From Candidatus Omnitrophota bacterium (GTDB taxonomy: Bacteria > Omnitrophota > Omnitrophia > Omnitrophales > Aquincolibacteriaceae), in assembly GCA_022711115.1 (NCBI GenBank), contig JAKLFP010000005.1:72572-136571 (forward strand): a stretch of DNA of 64,000 nt, given 5' to 3'. Positions 19,544 to 28,667 of this stretch are shown piece after piece. The position numbers and the translations under genes were made by a program. Each line of letters begins with the position of its first letter. Position 1 is the stretch's first letter. The notes beneath the pieces were generated by a model, which was given only the letters and a program-made list of their open reading frames with translations, did no database searches and was not told the origin of the DNA.

Positions 19544-21180
19544 AGTTTGTTTATTCTCGTCGAGGACTGAAAGGTAAAGACATGTTCTTTCAACGTGTCT
19601 TTGAGGTTCTTCCTGGTCTAACGAGTTGGTTTCTCGTTTTAGGGATCATCGCGGTTTCTTTTTGGAAGCCGATCATTTCTTCAATTCTGGTGATTGCTTT
19701 TCTGTTGGGATGGCTCCTCCGGCTTTTTTATCTCACAATCATTTTGATGCTTTCCTATTGCAGGCTGTCCCTTGAAAAAAATACGGATTGGCTTGCGAGG
19801 ATCCGTGGTTTGGATCGTTTGGATGTCTATCGAAAAGAACTCAGTAGGCTTGGTGGGGGAAAAGATTGGGCAAACAAACTTTCACTTTGGGCTCACAAGA
19901 AAGACCTTGAACGGCTAAAAAAATCAGGCAATATGCCGCCACGTTCCGGGGATATTTACCATCTTGTTGTGATTCCAGTGATTAAGGAATCGCCGGAAGT
20001 GGTGAGGAGTAATATTGCGGGAATTGCCAGCAATACGGTTTTAGCGAAGCAAATTCTTATTACGGTGGCGCTTGAATCAAGGGCTCAAGAATCGATGAAG
20101 GAAGCCATCCGCCAAATTGCGGCCGAATGGCAGCAGCATTTCATGGATCTTCTGGTTGTGGAACATCCGGATGGTCTGCCGGGCGAAGCGCGGGTGAAGG
20201 GCGCCAATACAAGTTATGCGGCACGAATTGCGGCAGCATATTATGAAAAGAAACATATCCCTTTTAAAAATATCATTGTTTCTTGTTTTGATGCGGATAC
20301 CGTCGTAAGCCCGCAATATTTCAGCTGTCTGACGTACAGTTTTATGATTTCACCGGACCGCCAGCGGGCAAGTTTTCAGCCGATACCCGTTTATTACAAT
20401 AATATCTGGGAAGTGCCAGGATTCGCGCGAGTAGTTGAGATAGGGTCTTCTTTTTTTCAACTAGTCGAGACGACAGATCCTGAGAAACTCGTGACCTTTT
20501 CCAGCCACAGCATGAGCTTTCAGGCGCTTGTAGAGGTGGGGTATTGGCCGGTCGATATGATTTCGGATGATTCTGGGATTTTTTGGAAATCCTATCTCTA
20601 TTTTGACGGGGAATATCGAGTGATCCCGTTACCGACCACATTATCCATGGACGTTGTAGATGCGGGAGCATGGTGGCGAACGGTGGTGAGTTTGTATAAA
20701 CAGAAACGGCGCTGGGCTTGGGGGGTGGAGAATTTTCCTCTTGTGATGCGCGGATTTATGAAGAGTAAAAAAATATCACTTTATAATAAGTTGCGACTTG
20801 GTTTTAAATTATTTGAAGGGCATATCACCTGGGCGGCTTTGCCGTTCCTGCTGACGCTTGTCGGATGGCTGCCGTTGATTTCTTCGGGGAATGAATTTTC
20901 AAGCACCGTCCTTTATTACAGCTCGAGCAGGCTGACGCAAATCATTTTCAGCCTTTCCTCGCTGGCACTTTTGAGTACGGTGGTGTTAAGTATATGGCTT
21001 TTGCCTAAAAAGAAGAAAAAATTCTCTTTGCTTTGGAACCTAATTCATTTTCTGGAATGGCTTCTGGTGCCTGCGATCCTCGTTTTTTTAAGTGCCATGC
21101 CGGCGTTGGATGCACAGACACGGTTAATGTTCAATCGCAGGATGGAATTCTGGGTATCTGAAAAAAGGCGCCTTTTATGA
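19540..21180 (+). CDS. Processive family-2 glycosyltransferase (cellulose/chitin-synthase-like), integral membrane
   Basis: D,D,D,QxxRW signature: FDADTV …, and QKRRWAWG after the catalytic domain. Multiple TM helices at both ends. The GTG start overlaps the PEGA gene stop; an alternative ATG is at 19582. Confidence 0.75.
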   Translation: MKFVYSRRGLKGKDMFFQRVFEVLPGLTSWFLVLGIIAVSFWKPIISSILVIAFLLGWLLRLFYLTIILMLSYCRLSLEKNTDWLARIRGLDRLDVYRKELSRLGGGKDWANKLSLWAHKKDLERLKKSGNMPPRSGDIYHLVVIPVIKESPEVVRSNIAGIASNTVLAKQILITVALESRAQESMKEAIRQIAAEWQQHFMDLLVVEHPDGLPGEARVKGANTSYAARIAAAYYEKKHIPFKNIIVSCFDADTVVSPQYFSCLTYSFMISPDRQRASFQPIPVYYNNIWEVPGFARVVEIGSSFFQLVETTDPEKLVTFSSHSMSFQALVEVGYWPVDMISDDSGIFWKSYLYFDGEYRVIPLPTTLSMDVVDAGAWWRTVVSLYKQKRRWAWGVENFPLVMRGFMKSKKISLYNKLRLGFKLFEGHITWAALPFLLTLVGWLPLISSGNEFSSTVLYYSSSRLTQIIFSLSSLALLSTVVLSIWLLPKKKKKFSLLWNLIHFLEWLLVPAILVFLSAMPALDAQTRLMFNRRMEFWVSEKRRLL

Positions 21181-21222
21181 CTTTAAGATTATGGAAGTAT
21201 CTATTTTGAAAGGAGAATAAAT

Positions 21223-21468
21223 ATGAAGCTCAAATTAATCATGGTGGTTTTTACGGTGACAGCGCTGATTTTTCAAGGGTCTGCATTCGCCCTATCCATT
21301 ACAGATGTGAAAGCGGTGGCGGAGGATGCGGTTGAAGAAACAGAGAGCTCCTTGGTTGCGGGTTATGGTAAAGAAAAAGCGGCTTCCATGGAAGAACGCT
21401 CTGGATCTTCAGAAAATAGTGTCAAAGAGGTGATCAAGAAAGCTGTTAAAGAAACCGAGCCTGTTTAA
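21223..21468 (+). CDS. Small secreted acidic protein (hypothetical)
   Basis: Strong RBS AAGGAGAATAAATATG. Signal peptide MKLKLIMVVFTVTALIFQGSAFA. Acidic mature part. Confidence 0.55.
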   Translation: MKLKLIMVVFTVTALIFQGSAFALSITDVKAVAEDAVEETESSLVAGYGKEKAASMEERSGSSENSVKEVIKKAVKETEPV

Positions 21469-21625
21469 AGCTTTTTCAAAAAGAGCAAGGATGATTTTAA
21501 AAACCCCGAGTGATAAATATATTTAAATGAGTCTCTTGGTTAAAACCGATAAATGCATTAGAATCCGCTAACTCTTGTCATGATTAAAGGGGATAGAAAA
21601 AGCGGACTCGCAGAAAGGGTTGAAA

Positions 21626-22549
21626 ATGATCGCGTGGTTGGGATTTGGTGTGTTGGTGGCAGTGATGCTAGCCTTGGATCTTGGTGTGTTCCATCGAAAG
21701 GAACACGAAGTCCGGATGAAGGAAGCGATCCTTTGGAGCGTTCTCTGGACGGTTGTAGCGCTGATTTTTAACGGGGGTATTTATCTGGTCCAGGGGCGGG
21801 AACTTGCCATGCAGTTTCTCGCAGGCTACATTCTGGAAAGAACACTGAGCTTTGATAACCTTTTCGTGTTTCTTCTTGTTTTTAATTATTTTCAACTGCC
21901 TGCCCGCTATCATCATAAAGTTCTTTTTTGGGGGATTTTCGGGGCGCTTTTATTTCGCGCCATTTTTATCGGGTTTGGGTTAGGTCTCTTGCACTATTTT
22001 ACGTGGATGATCTATGTTTTTGGAGCCATTTTGATCTGGACAGGAGCGAAGCTGGCTCTTGAAAAAGACAAAAAAGTCGAGCCTGAAAAAAATATTTTTG
22101 TGCGGTGGTTTCGAAAGTTTTTTGCCGTGACTGATGATTATTGCGAGGGGAAGTTCTTTGCGAGAATTCGCGGAGTTTTGTACGCAACACCTCTGATGGT
22201 GATCTTGCTGGTGATTGAATCCACGGATGTGGTATTTGCCATTGATTCCATACCGGCTATTCTCGCTATTTCGCAGAATATTTTTATTGTTTACACCTCC
22301 AATATTTTCGCGATCTTGGGTCTTCGCTCGCTTTATTTTGCCATCGCAGAACTGATGAAGCTTTTCCACTTCTTGCATTACGGCCTTTCGCTCATTTTAG
22401 TGCTGATTGGTGTTAAGATGCTGATCGCTCATTTTTATCATTTGCCGACTGTGGCTGCGTTAGGGAGTATATTATTAATCTTGGTGCTTTCGGTGATCGC
22501 ATCTATCCTTTGGCCTCAAAAATCAGGCGAAACAAACCCGAGTTCCTGA
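21626..22549 (+). CDS. TerC-family integral membrane protein
   Basis: MIAWLGFGVLVAVMLALDLGVFHRK… and DNLFVFLLVF / SIPAILAIS repeats diagnostic of TerC/Alx-type proteins. The ORF track starts at a TTG at 21620. Confidence 0.85.
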   Translation: MIAWLGFGVLVAVMLALDLGVFHRKEHEVRMKEAILWSVLWTVVALIFNGGIYLVQGRELAMQFLAGYILERTLSFDNLFVFLLVFNYFQLPARYHHKVLFWGIFGALLFRAIFIGFGLGLLHYFTWMIYVFGAILIWTGAKLALEKDKKVEPEKNIFVRWFRKFFAVTDDYCEGKFFARIRGVLYATPLMVILLVIESTDVVFAIDSIPAILAISQNIFIVYTSNIFAILGLRSLYFAIAELMKLFHFLHYGLSLILVLIGVKMLIAHFYHLPTVAALGSILLILVLSVIASILWPQKSGETNPSS

Positions 22550-22714
22550 CCTTTCGGAACAAGAACTGCATTTTTGCCGCATTTCAAAAGCTGCCTATAT
22601 TTCTCGGAGAGTTTTTAACACTTCGTCGTGGAAAGCCGTTACCGATGGATCGTTCTGGGGAGTCGTTTGATAAGCCAGATATTTTTGAATATTATGGAAG
22701 TGAGTCAATAATAA

Positions 22715-22750
22715 AAAAGCGCAGGATCTACGGATCCTGCGCTTTTCGAT
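22715..22750. terminator. Bidirectional rho-independent terminator between convergent TerC and H+-PPase genes
   Basis: Perfect 10-bp stem GCGCAGGATC-tac-GGATCCTGCGC flanked by A-run (AAAAAA) 5' and T-run (TTTT) 3', so it is functional on both strands. Confidence 0.7.
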
Positions 22751-22769
22751 ATCCTCTTGATAGAAAGGG

Positions 22770-25223
22770 TCAAGCCTTTGTTCTTACCGGGATCCGCATC
22801 TTGTAAAAGGACCGTCGGACAAAGAACAGTCCTGCAATAAAAAAGACTGCACCGCTGATGCGGGTCGTTGCCGGGTTCATCTTGATCGCGATCTCGACGG
22901 CCAGCATGCCGAAGAGGGTCGAGAATTTGATGATCGGGTTGAGGGATACTGACGTGGTGTCCTTGAACGGATCTCCCACCGTGTCGCCGATAACGGTTGA
23001 GGCATGAATCGGCGTGTTTTTCTCTCCCAAATCTACCTCCACAACCTTCTTTGCATTGTCCCACGAGCCGCCCGCGTTGGCCATAAACATAGCCTGAAAA
23101 AGCCCGAAGGTGGCGATGGCGATGAGGTAGGCGATAAAGAAGTAAGGGTCGAACATCGCGAAGGAGAGCGTGAGCATAAGCAGACCGACAAAAATATTCC
23201 ACATCCCTTTTTGAGCATACTCGGTGCAGATCTGCACGACCTTGATCGAATCCGCGCGATCGGCCTCTTTCTTATCAAGATTCAAATTTTTCTTGATGTA
23301 CTCAACAGCAGAATAGGCCCCCGTCACCACGGCTTGAATGGAAGCGCCGCAGAACCAGTAGATCACAGCGCCGCCGCACAGAATTCCCAAAAGGACTGGT
23401 GCGGCCGTAAGGGATTCTTTTTCGTTTAGAAGAATTTCTCCTATATTTGTGGGAAGAAGCTTGCCCCCCGCCGCCGCGATTGCGGCCGTCTGGAGATGCT
23501 CCTGGAGAAGCAATATAATCGAAAAGATCATGGTGGTGGCTCCGGCGACCGCGGTTCCAATCAGCACCGGTTTGGCTGTAGCTTTAAAGGTGTTGCCTGC
23601 CGAGTCGTTGGCCTCCAGGTAGTGTTTTCCCATTTTAAAGTCAGGTTTGAAACCGAAATCATTCTCGATCTCTTTTTCGATCCCGGGGATCGACTCAGTC
23701 TGGGCCAATTCGAAGATCGATTGGGCGTTATCCGTCACCGGGCCGTAGGAATCCACCGCGATATTGACGGGGCCCATGCACAGAAAGCCGTAAGCCACAA
23801 GGCCGAAAGCGAAAATGGGCGCGTGTGGCATGATGTTCTGGAGCCCCGTTCCCGCGATGAGGAAGGCCCCGAACATCAGACCCGCGATGAGGATACCCTT
23901 CCAGAATGCCGAGAAGTATCCCGCCACAAGTCCCGAGAGGATCGTGAGCGATGCGCCGCCTTCGCGCGAAGCGGTTACGATCTCCTGAACATGCCGCGAG
24001 TGGGAAGAGGTGAAGACCTTGGTGAACTCCGGAATGAGGTAAGCTGCCAAAGTTCCGCAAGTGATGATTGAGGCAAGTTTCCACCAGAGAGTTGGATCCG
24101 GGAGGTCGCCCACGAGCAGGTAAGACATCCCGAACGAGGTGGTGATACAGAGGGCTGACGCGATCTGGATCAGGCGCGTGAGCGGCTCCTCGAAATCAAA
24201 TTCTTTCAAGCCCTTGTACTTACGCTCGGAAATGGCTTGATTGATGAAATACGAAACGCCTGACATGAAGTCCATCAAAAAGCGCATGGCGAAAATCCAA
24301 ACAATGAGCTTTGCTTGAAGCGAGGGATCTTTGATCGCGAGGGTGATGAACGAAATGAGTGCGACGCCGGTAACGCCGTAGGTTTCAAAACCGTCTGCGG
24401 TAGGTCCCACTGAGTCCCCGGCATTATCGCCCGTGCAGTCGGCAATGACGCCCGGGTTACGAGGATCATCCTCTTTGACCTTGAAGACGATCTTCATGAG
24501 GTCCGAGCCGATATCGGCGATCTTGGTGAAAATGCCACCCGCGATCCTCAAAGCGCTTGCCGCCAGCGATTCTCCAATGGCAAACCCCAAAAAGCAGTAT
24601 CCGACGATGTCTCGCGGCACGAAGAGCAAGATAATGACCATCATGACCAACTCGATAGAGATCAGGAAAAGACCGACGGACATTCCGGAGCGCATGGGGA
24701 TATTGACCACATCCCAAGGCTTTCCGCGCAGGGAGGCGAACGCGGTTCTTGCGTTGGCATAGGTGTTCACGCGGATTCCGTAATACGCCACCAGGGAAGA
24801 TCCCGCCATGCCCACGATCGAGAAAAAGAGGACTAATCCCAGGGTTGTGAGAGGCTCATGCTTGAGTCCCAGGAAGTAATAACTCATCGCAGATGCAATG
24901 ATTGCGAACAGGATCGTGAGAAACTTTACCTGCTGTTTAAGGTAAGTCTTACAGGTCTGGAAGATCGTTTCCGCGATATCGAGCATTGATTTATGAGCCG
25001 GAAGCGATTTGACTTTCATGAATTGATAAAGAGAAACGCCCACTGTCCCGAGGATCACTAGGGCGCCGTAAAGAAGGATCTGGAAGCCCGAAAGACCACC
25101 CAGTAGATTGAAATGCCCCTCATGGAGATCCGGGATCTTCAGATCCGCTTCACTGGCCCATGTAACAGTTTGTCTCAGGAAAAATACGCCTATTATTGAG
25201 AGTTGTGTAAAAAGTTTTTTCAT
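22770..25223 (-). CDS. hppA: Membrane-bound proton/sodium-translocating pyrophosphatase
   Basis: GDNAGD-type motif (DCTGDNAGDSVGP) and DTVGDPFKDTTSVSLNPIIKF C-terminal motif. 817 aa, polytopic. RBS GGAG upstream of the ATG. Confidence 0.92.
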   Translation of the reverse strand: MKKLFTQLSIIGVFFLRQTVTWASEADLKIPDLHEGHFNLLGGLSGFQILLYGALVILGTVGVSLYQFMKVKSLPAHKSMLDIAETIFQTCKTYLKQQVKFLTILFAIIASAMSYYFLGLKHEPLTTLGLVLFFSIVGMAGSSLVAYYGIRVNTYANARTAFASLRGKPWDVVNIPMRSGMSVGLFLISIELVMMVIILLFVPRDIVGYCFLGFAIGESLAASALRIAGGIFTKIADIGSDLMKIVFKVKEDDPRNPGVIADCTGDNAGDSVGPTADGFETYGVTGVALISFITLAIKDPSLQAKLIVWIFAMRFLMDFMSGVSYFINQAISERKYKGLKEFDFEEPLTRLIQIASALCITTSFGMSYLLVGDLPDPTLWWKLASIITCGTLAAYLIPEFTKVFTSSHSRHVQEIVTASREGGASLTILSGLVAGYFSAFWKGILIAGLMFGAFLIAGTGLQNIMPHAPIFAFGLVAYGFLCMGPVNIAVDSYGPVTDNAQSIFELAQTESIPGIEKEIENDFGFKPDFKMGKHYLEANDSAGNTFKATAKPVLIGTAVAGATTMIFSIILLLQEHLQTAAIAAAGGKLLPTNIGEILLNEKESLTAAPVLLGILCGGAVIYWFCGASIQAVVTGAYSAVEYIKKNLNLDKKEADRADSIKVVQICTEYAQKGMWNIFVGLLMLTLSFAMFDPYFFIAYLIAIATFGLFQAMFMANAGGSWDNAKKVVEVDLGEKNTPIHASTVIGDTVGDPFKDTTSVSLNPIIKFSTLFGMLAVEIAIKMNPATTRISGAVFFIAGLFFVRRSFYKMRIPVRTKA

Positions 25224-25517
25224 ATTTCTCCGGCTTAATTAATAACTCAAATTTTGCGGGCTGTGAGGCATGACTTCTCATTTCAATGGATACGGAGCTC
25301 ACAAATCAACACAAAACCTAAGCTAAGAATTATCTTTTTTTAGGTTAAACAAGCTTTTTAAAGCATGACATGCTGAATAAATTGTTATGATAGCGCAATG
25401 CTCAAAAAATACCATCCAAATTTTATTCTTATGAAAAAGCGGAACAAAGTTGGATGAACATCGTCAACATCTATATTATTGATTATGTATTTGCTTCTGC
25501 TATATTAAGGCCTTCCT

Positions 25518-27245
25518 ATGGCAATGATAATCAAACGGGTCGAAAGACCGCGTGAACTCAAGTGGTATCATGCAGGCGCCATGCTCTACGGCGACTGGGG
25601 CACGAGCAAGGCCTATGTGCTTGGCATTGCCTTTGCCCTGGCCGGCCATGCCTCTTGGTTCTTTCTCGGTCTTATGTCGCTTCTCATGATTTTGATCGGA
25701 GTTTGCTACATGATCATTTGCCGCATTTATCCCGATGGCGGCGGTGTTTACTCTTCGGTCAAACAGCGTTCCCAGACTCTTGCGGTGATCGGCGCTTTTC
25801 TGTTAATTGCGGATTATGTTGTTACCGCTTCTCTAAGCGTGTTGGATGCCTTCCATTATTTTAACGTCCCCAATCCGGAATTATGGGCAGTGATCGCGAT
25901 TCTTATCATCGGCGCTATGAGTTGGGTTGGACCTGCAAAAGGAGGTGCTGCTGCGGCCGTGATCGCTGTTCTTGCTTCACTGACAGCTTTAATCCTTTTT
26001 GTTTTTACCGTACCGCATCTTCCGCACGTTGAACTTACAATGCCGGCTGGGGGATTTATAAAAAATTGGCCGGTATTTGTCGGCATTGTGCTTGCACTTT
26101 CGGGTGTGGAAGCGATCGCGAACTTGACCGGTGTGATGGTGGAACCCGTTAAAAAGACCTCACGCCGGGCGATTATGCCTGTATTGATCGAAGTAGCGGT
26201 TCTGACATTTCTCTTGGGTGTTGCCATGAATGCCATTCCGGGGTTGACGGGGCATACGGAAGATATGTTGCGGGCAATCGGGAACCATTTTATTGGTCCG
26301 TGGTATGGAACTTTGATTTCAATTATTTTCGGATTCCTACTTTTATCGGCCGGAAATACGGCGATCATGGGTCTTGTGAGCATTCAATTTACCATGGCTA
26401 AGGATCGCGAATTGCCGCCGATTTTCTCGAAACTTAACCGCTTCGGCATGCCATGGCTTGCGCTGATTGTCGCTACGCTGGTGCCGATTGTCGTCCTTGT
26501 TGTAGAAAAAGATATCGTTCACCTGGCAGCCTTGTACGCCATCGGTGTTGTGGGAGCTATCGCACTTAATCTCGCGACAAGCGCCACAAATTTTTCAATA
26601 CCGTTGAAACTTTGGGAAAGGATCCTTCTTCTTTTGGGTGCGGTCATTACGCTTTTCATCGAGCTGACGATCGCCATTGAGAAGCAAAATGCCCTTTTCT
26701 TTGTTCTGACTGTTTTGGGAGTAGGCCTGGTACTACGTCACGTTGCGAAAGTGGTTGTGTCGGCACCGATGCCGGAACTTGCTTCGACGGTCAATATGTT
26801 GACTGTAAGTGAGGCTAAAGAGCTTGCGTCGCTTTATAAAAGTTCTTCACTCGTTGCCTTGAAGTCTTTTAACCCTGTGCTGCTTGAAGAAGCCGCACTT
26901 CATGTGAAAGCCCTCGGGGAGAATTCAGTCTATCTGAGTTATGTGGAAGAAACTCCGCCGTCTCCGGAGTTGCCGACGGAAATGGAGCCTTCACGCGAAT
27001 CGCTGGAAGTCCTCTCGAAAGCGCAAGTCAAAATGGAAGAACTGGGTCTTACCGCCGTCCCGGTCTGGCAGGTTGGAGAAAATCCCGGGCGTTTGATTGC
27101 AAGCGCTGCCAAGACCCTCGACGTGAATACGGTCGTGATCGGTTCCACCAAACGGAGTGCGCTCATCAATCTTTTGCGCGGCGATGTGCTGCGTGCGCTT
27201 GCTCATAATCTTCACAAAAGCTGTCATTTATTAATTGTCGGATAG
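25518..27245 (+). CDS. APC-superfamily permease (KimA-like N-terminus) with a C-terminal universal stress protein (UspA) domain
   Basis: N-terminal LYGDWGTSKAYVLGIAFAL resembles the KimA/APC N-terminus. About 11 TM helices. The C-terminal ~120 aa (…TVVIGSTKRSALINLLRGDVLRALAHNLHKSCHLLIVG) form a Usp fold. Confidence 0.7.
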   Translation: MAMIIKRVERPRELKWYHAGAMLYGDWGTSKAYVLGIAFALAGHASWFFLGLMSLLMILIGVCYMIICRIYPDGGGVYSSVKQRSQTLAVIGAFLLIADYVVTASLSVLDAFHYFNVPNPELWAVIAILIIGAMSWVGPAKGGAAAAVIAVLASLTALILFVFTVPHLPHVELTMPAGGFIKNWPVFVGIVLALSGVEAIANLTGVMVEPVKKTSRRAIMPVLIEVAVLTFLLGVAMNAIPGLTGHTEDMLRAIGNHFIGPWYGTLISIIFGFLLLSAGNTAIMGLVSIQFTMAKDRELPPIFSKLNRFGMPWLALIVATLVPIVVLVVEKDIVHLAALYAIGVVGAIALNLATSATNFSIPLKLWERILLLLGAVITLFIELTIAIEKQNALFFVLTVLGVGLVLRHVAKVVVSAPMPELASTVNMLTVSEAKELASLYKSSSLVALKSFNPVLLEEAALHVKALGENSVYLSYVEETPPSPELPTEMEPSRESLEVLSKAQVKMEELGLTAVPVWQVGENPGRLIASAAKTLDVNTVVIGSTKRSALINLLRGDVLRALAHNLHKSCHLLIVG

Positions 27246-27315
27246 TTCGTTTTTTAGTATTCTATGACTGTGTTGTTTCAGCTTGTATTTTTCAATCTCG
27301 AGGCTCAGAACGACC

Positions 27316-27633
27316 ATGAAGTATTTTAAAATCCTTCTCATCTTTTTTTTAGTGGGGATGTCTTTTTCGGCCGCGGCTCACGCGGAGTGGTTCGATGGAG
27401 AAGTCAAAAAAGTCGATATCAAGACAGGAATGATCACCATCAGTGAGATTGATCCCATCACAGAAACCGAAGAGTCCGAAGAGTTCGTTGTCGGAAGTGA
27501 AACGGTTTTTTCAGGCGTGAAATCCCTGGAAGAAATCCATGTAGATGACGATGTTTCGATTGAAGCCAAATACGATGAACCCAGCGATTCCTGGAAAGCC
27601 GTTTCTGTAGAAGTGCCGGAAGCGGGAGATTAA
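27316..27633 (+). CDS. Small secreted acidic protein (hypothetical)
   Basis: Signal peptide MKYFKILLIFFLVGMSFSAAAHA. D/E-rich mature region. The ORF track starts 11 codons earlier. Confidence 0.5.
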   Translation: MKYFKILLIFFLVGMSFSAAAHAEWFDGEVKKVDIKTGMITISEIDPITETEESEEFVVGSETVFSGVKSLEEIHVDDDVSIEAKYDEPSDSWKAVSVEVPEAGD

Positions 27634-27642
27634 AAAGGGGCT

Positions 27643-28533
27643 ATGACACGCCCCAAGACCTCGCGCTATACTTTCGGCTTGCTCACCACCGTTTCCAAAG
27701 ATATTTTTCGCTCGCGCTATCACGCTGAAATCCTTTCCGGGATTTTTCACCGGATCGGATCGCTTGGGCACGCACTGAAGATATTCACACTTTCCGACGA
27801 ACCTTGTCTTTCTCTGGAGCGGATGCTTCAGCGATATGATTTGGATGGACTGCTCATTTTGACCTGGCGTTGGATCCGTCCGGATTTTGCCGAGCTCATT
27901 GAAACCACCCGGCATGAACGCGTGCTTGTTTTTAACGATCCCGTGCCGGGCTTGCAGTGTAATATTCTTTATACAGATGTAGAAGCGGGCATGGCGCAGG
28001 CTGTCGAACATCTTGCGAAAAGAGGTTATCGCAAGATTGGTATGTTGCATGGTCCCAGGGATGTGATCTTCAAAGATAAGGGTAAAAAAATAAAATCACC
28101 TTTTATTGATACCCATCTTAAGACAGAAGGATTCTTAAGAGCCATGAAAGCACATCGGTTCCAAGTCAGAGGATCATGGATTCGGGAGACCATGGCCAAT
28201 ACTGAACCCGAAGGTTATCGGGTGATGCGGAGATGGCTTCGTGAAAAGAAACTGCCTGAGGCGATGATCTGTGGCAATGATGATCTCGCGCTGGGTGTTC
28301 TGGAAGCTTTGAAAGAATTCGGTAAAGCTGTTCCTCGGGATCTAGCGGTGGTTGGATTTGACGACAATGATCATGCTAAGAATTCTAGGCCGTTGCTGAC
28401 GACAATCCGCCAGCCGCTTTTCCAAATGGCGCAAGATGCCATCAATATTTTGATCAAAAGGATCGAAAGGCCAGAGCTTGCTCCCGCAACTCAAAAATAC
28501 CCGCCCAAACTAATCGTCAGAAAGACAACCTAA
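27643..28533 (+). CDS. LacI-type periplasmic-binding-fold ligand-binding domain protein lacking the N-terminal HTH
   Basis: Begins directly with the LBD (YTFGLLTTVSKDIFRSRYHAEILSGIF …; DLAVVGFDDNDHAKNSRPLLTTIRQPLFQMAQDAINILIKRI). There is no room upstream for a DNA-binding domain because the preceding gene ends 10 nt away. Confidence 0.7.
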   Translation: MTRPKTSRYTFGLLTTVSKDIFRSRYHAEILSGIFHRIGSLGHALKIFTLSDEPCLSLERMLQRYDLDGLLILTWRWIRPDFAELIETTRHERVLVFNDPVPGLQCNILYTDVEAGMAQAVEHLAKRGYRKIGMLHGPRDVIFKDKGKKIKSPFIDTHLKTEGFLRAMKAHRFQVRGSWIRETMANTEPEGYRVMRRWLREKKLPEAMICGNDDLALGVLEALKEFGKAVPRDLAVVGFDDNDHAKNSRPLLTTIRQPLFQMAQDAINILIKRIERPELAPATQKYPPKLIVRKTT

Positions 28534-28667
28534 AATGGCTTGCTATCAATTTTGAGGCCGGTTTAGCCGTAATATAAACTGATCCAGAATTTTTTTAAAC
28601 CCGCTGAGGATTGCGCTGGAAATAGTGTTCCGGAAGCATCCGTTTTCACTGACTCAGGAAAAGGTTC

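Noticed and set aside
21470-21625. Possible yybP-ykoY (Mn2+) riboswitch upstream of TerC, based on the AAAGGGGATAG segment resembling the GGGGAGUAG core
   Set aside because: The matching segment sits only about 40 nt from the start codon. The rest of the two-hairpin consensus is not recognisable, and there is not enough length downstream for the second half of the aptamer. Only a covariance-model search could rescue it.
22705-24084. Several +/− ORFs of 118-191 aa (22705-23202, 23004-23429, 23496-24071, 23728-24084)
   Set aside because: All are internal to the H+-PPase gene in other frames. Their Arg/Gly/His-rich composition marks them as shadow ORFs.
25224-25517. Looked for a c-di-AMP (ydaO) riboswitch upstream of the KimA-like permease
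   Set aside because: No recognisable conserved ydaO elements. The region looks like a plain AT-rich divergent promoter shared with hppA.
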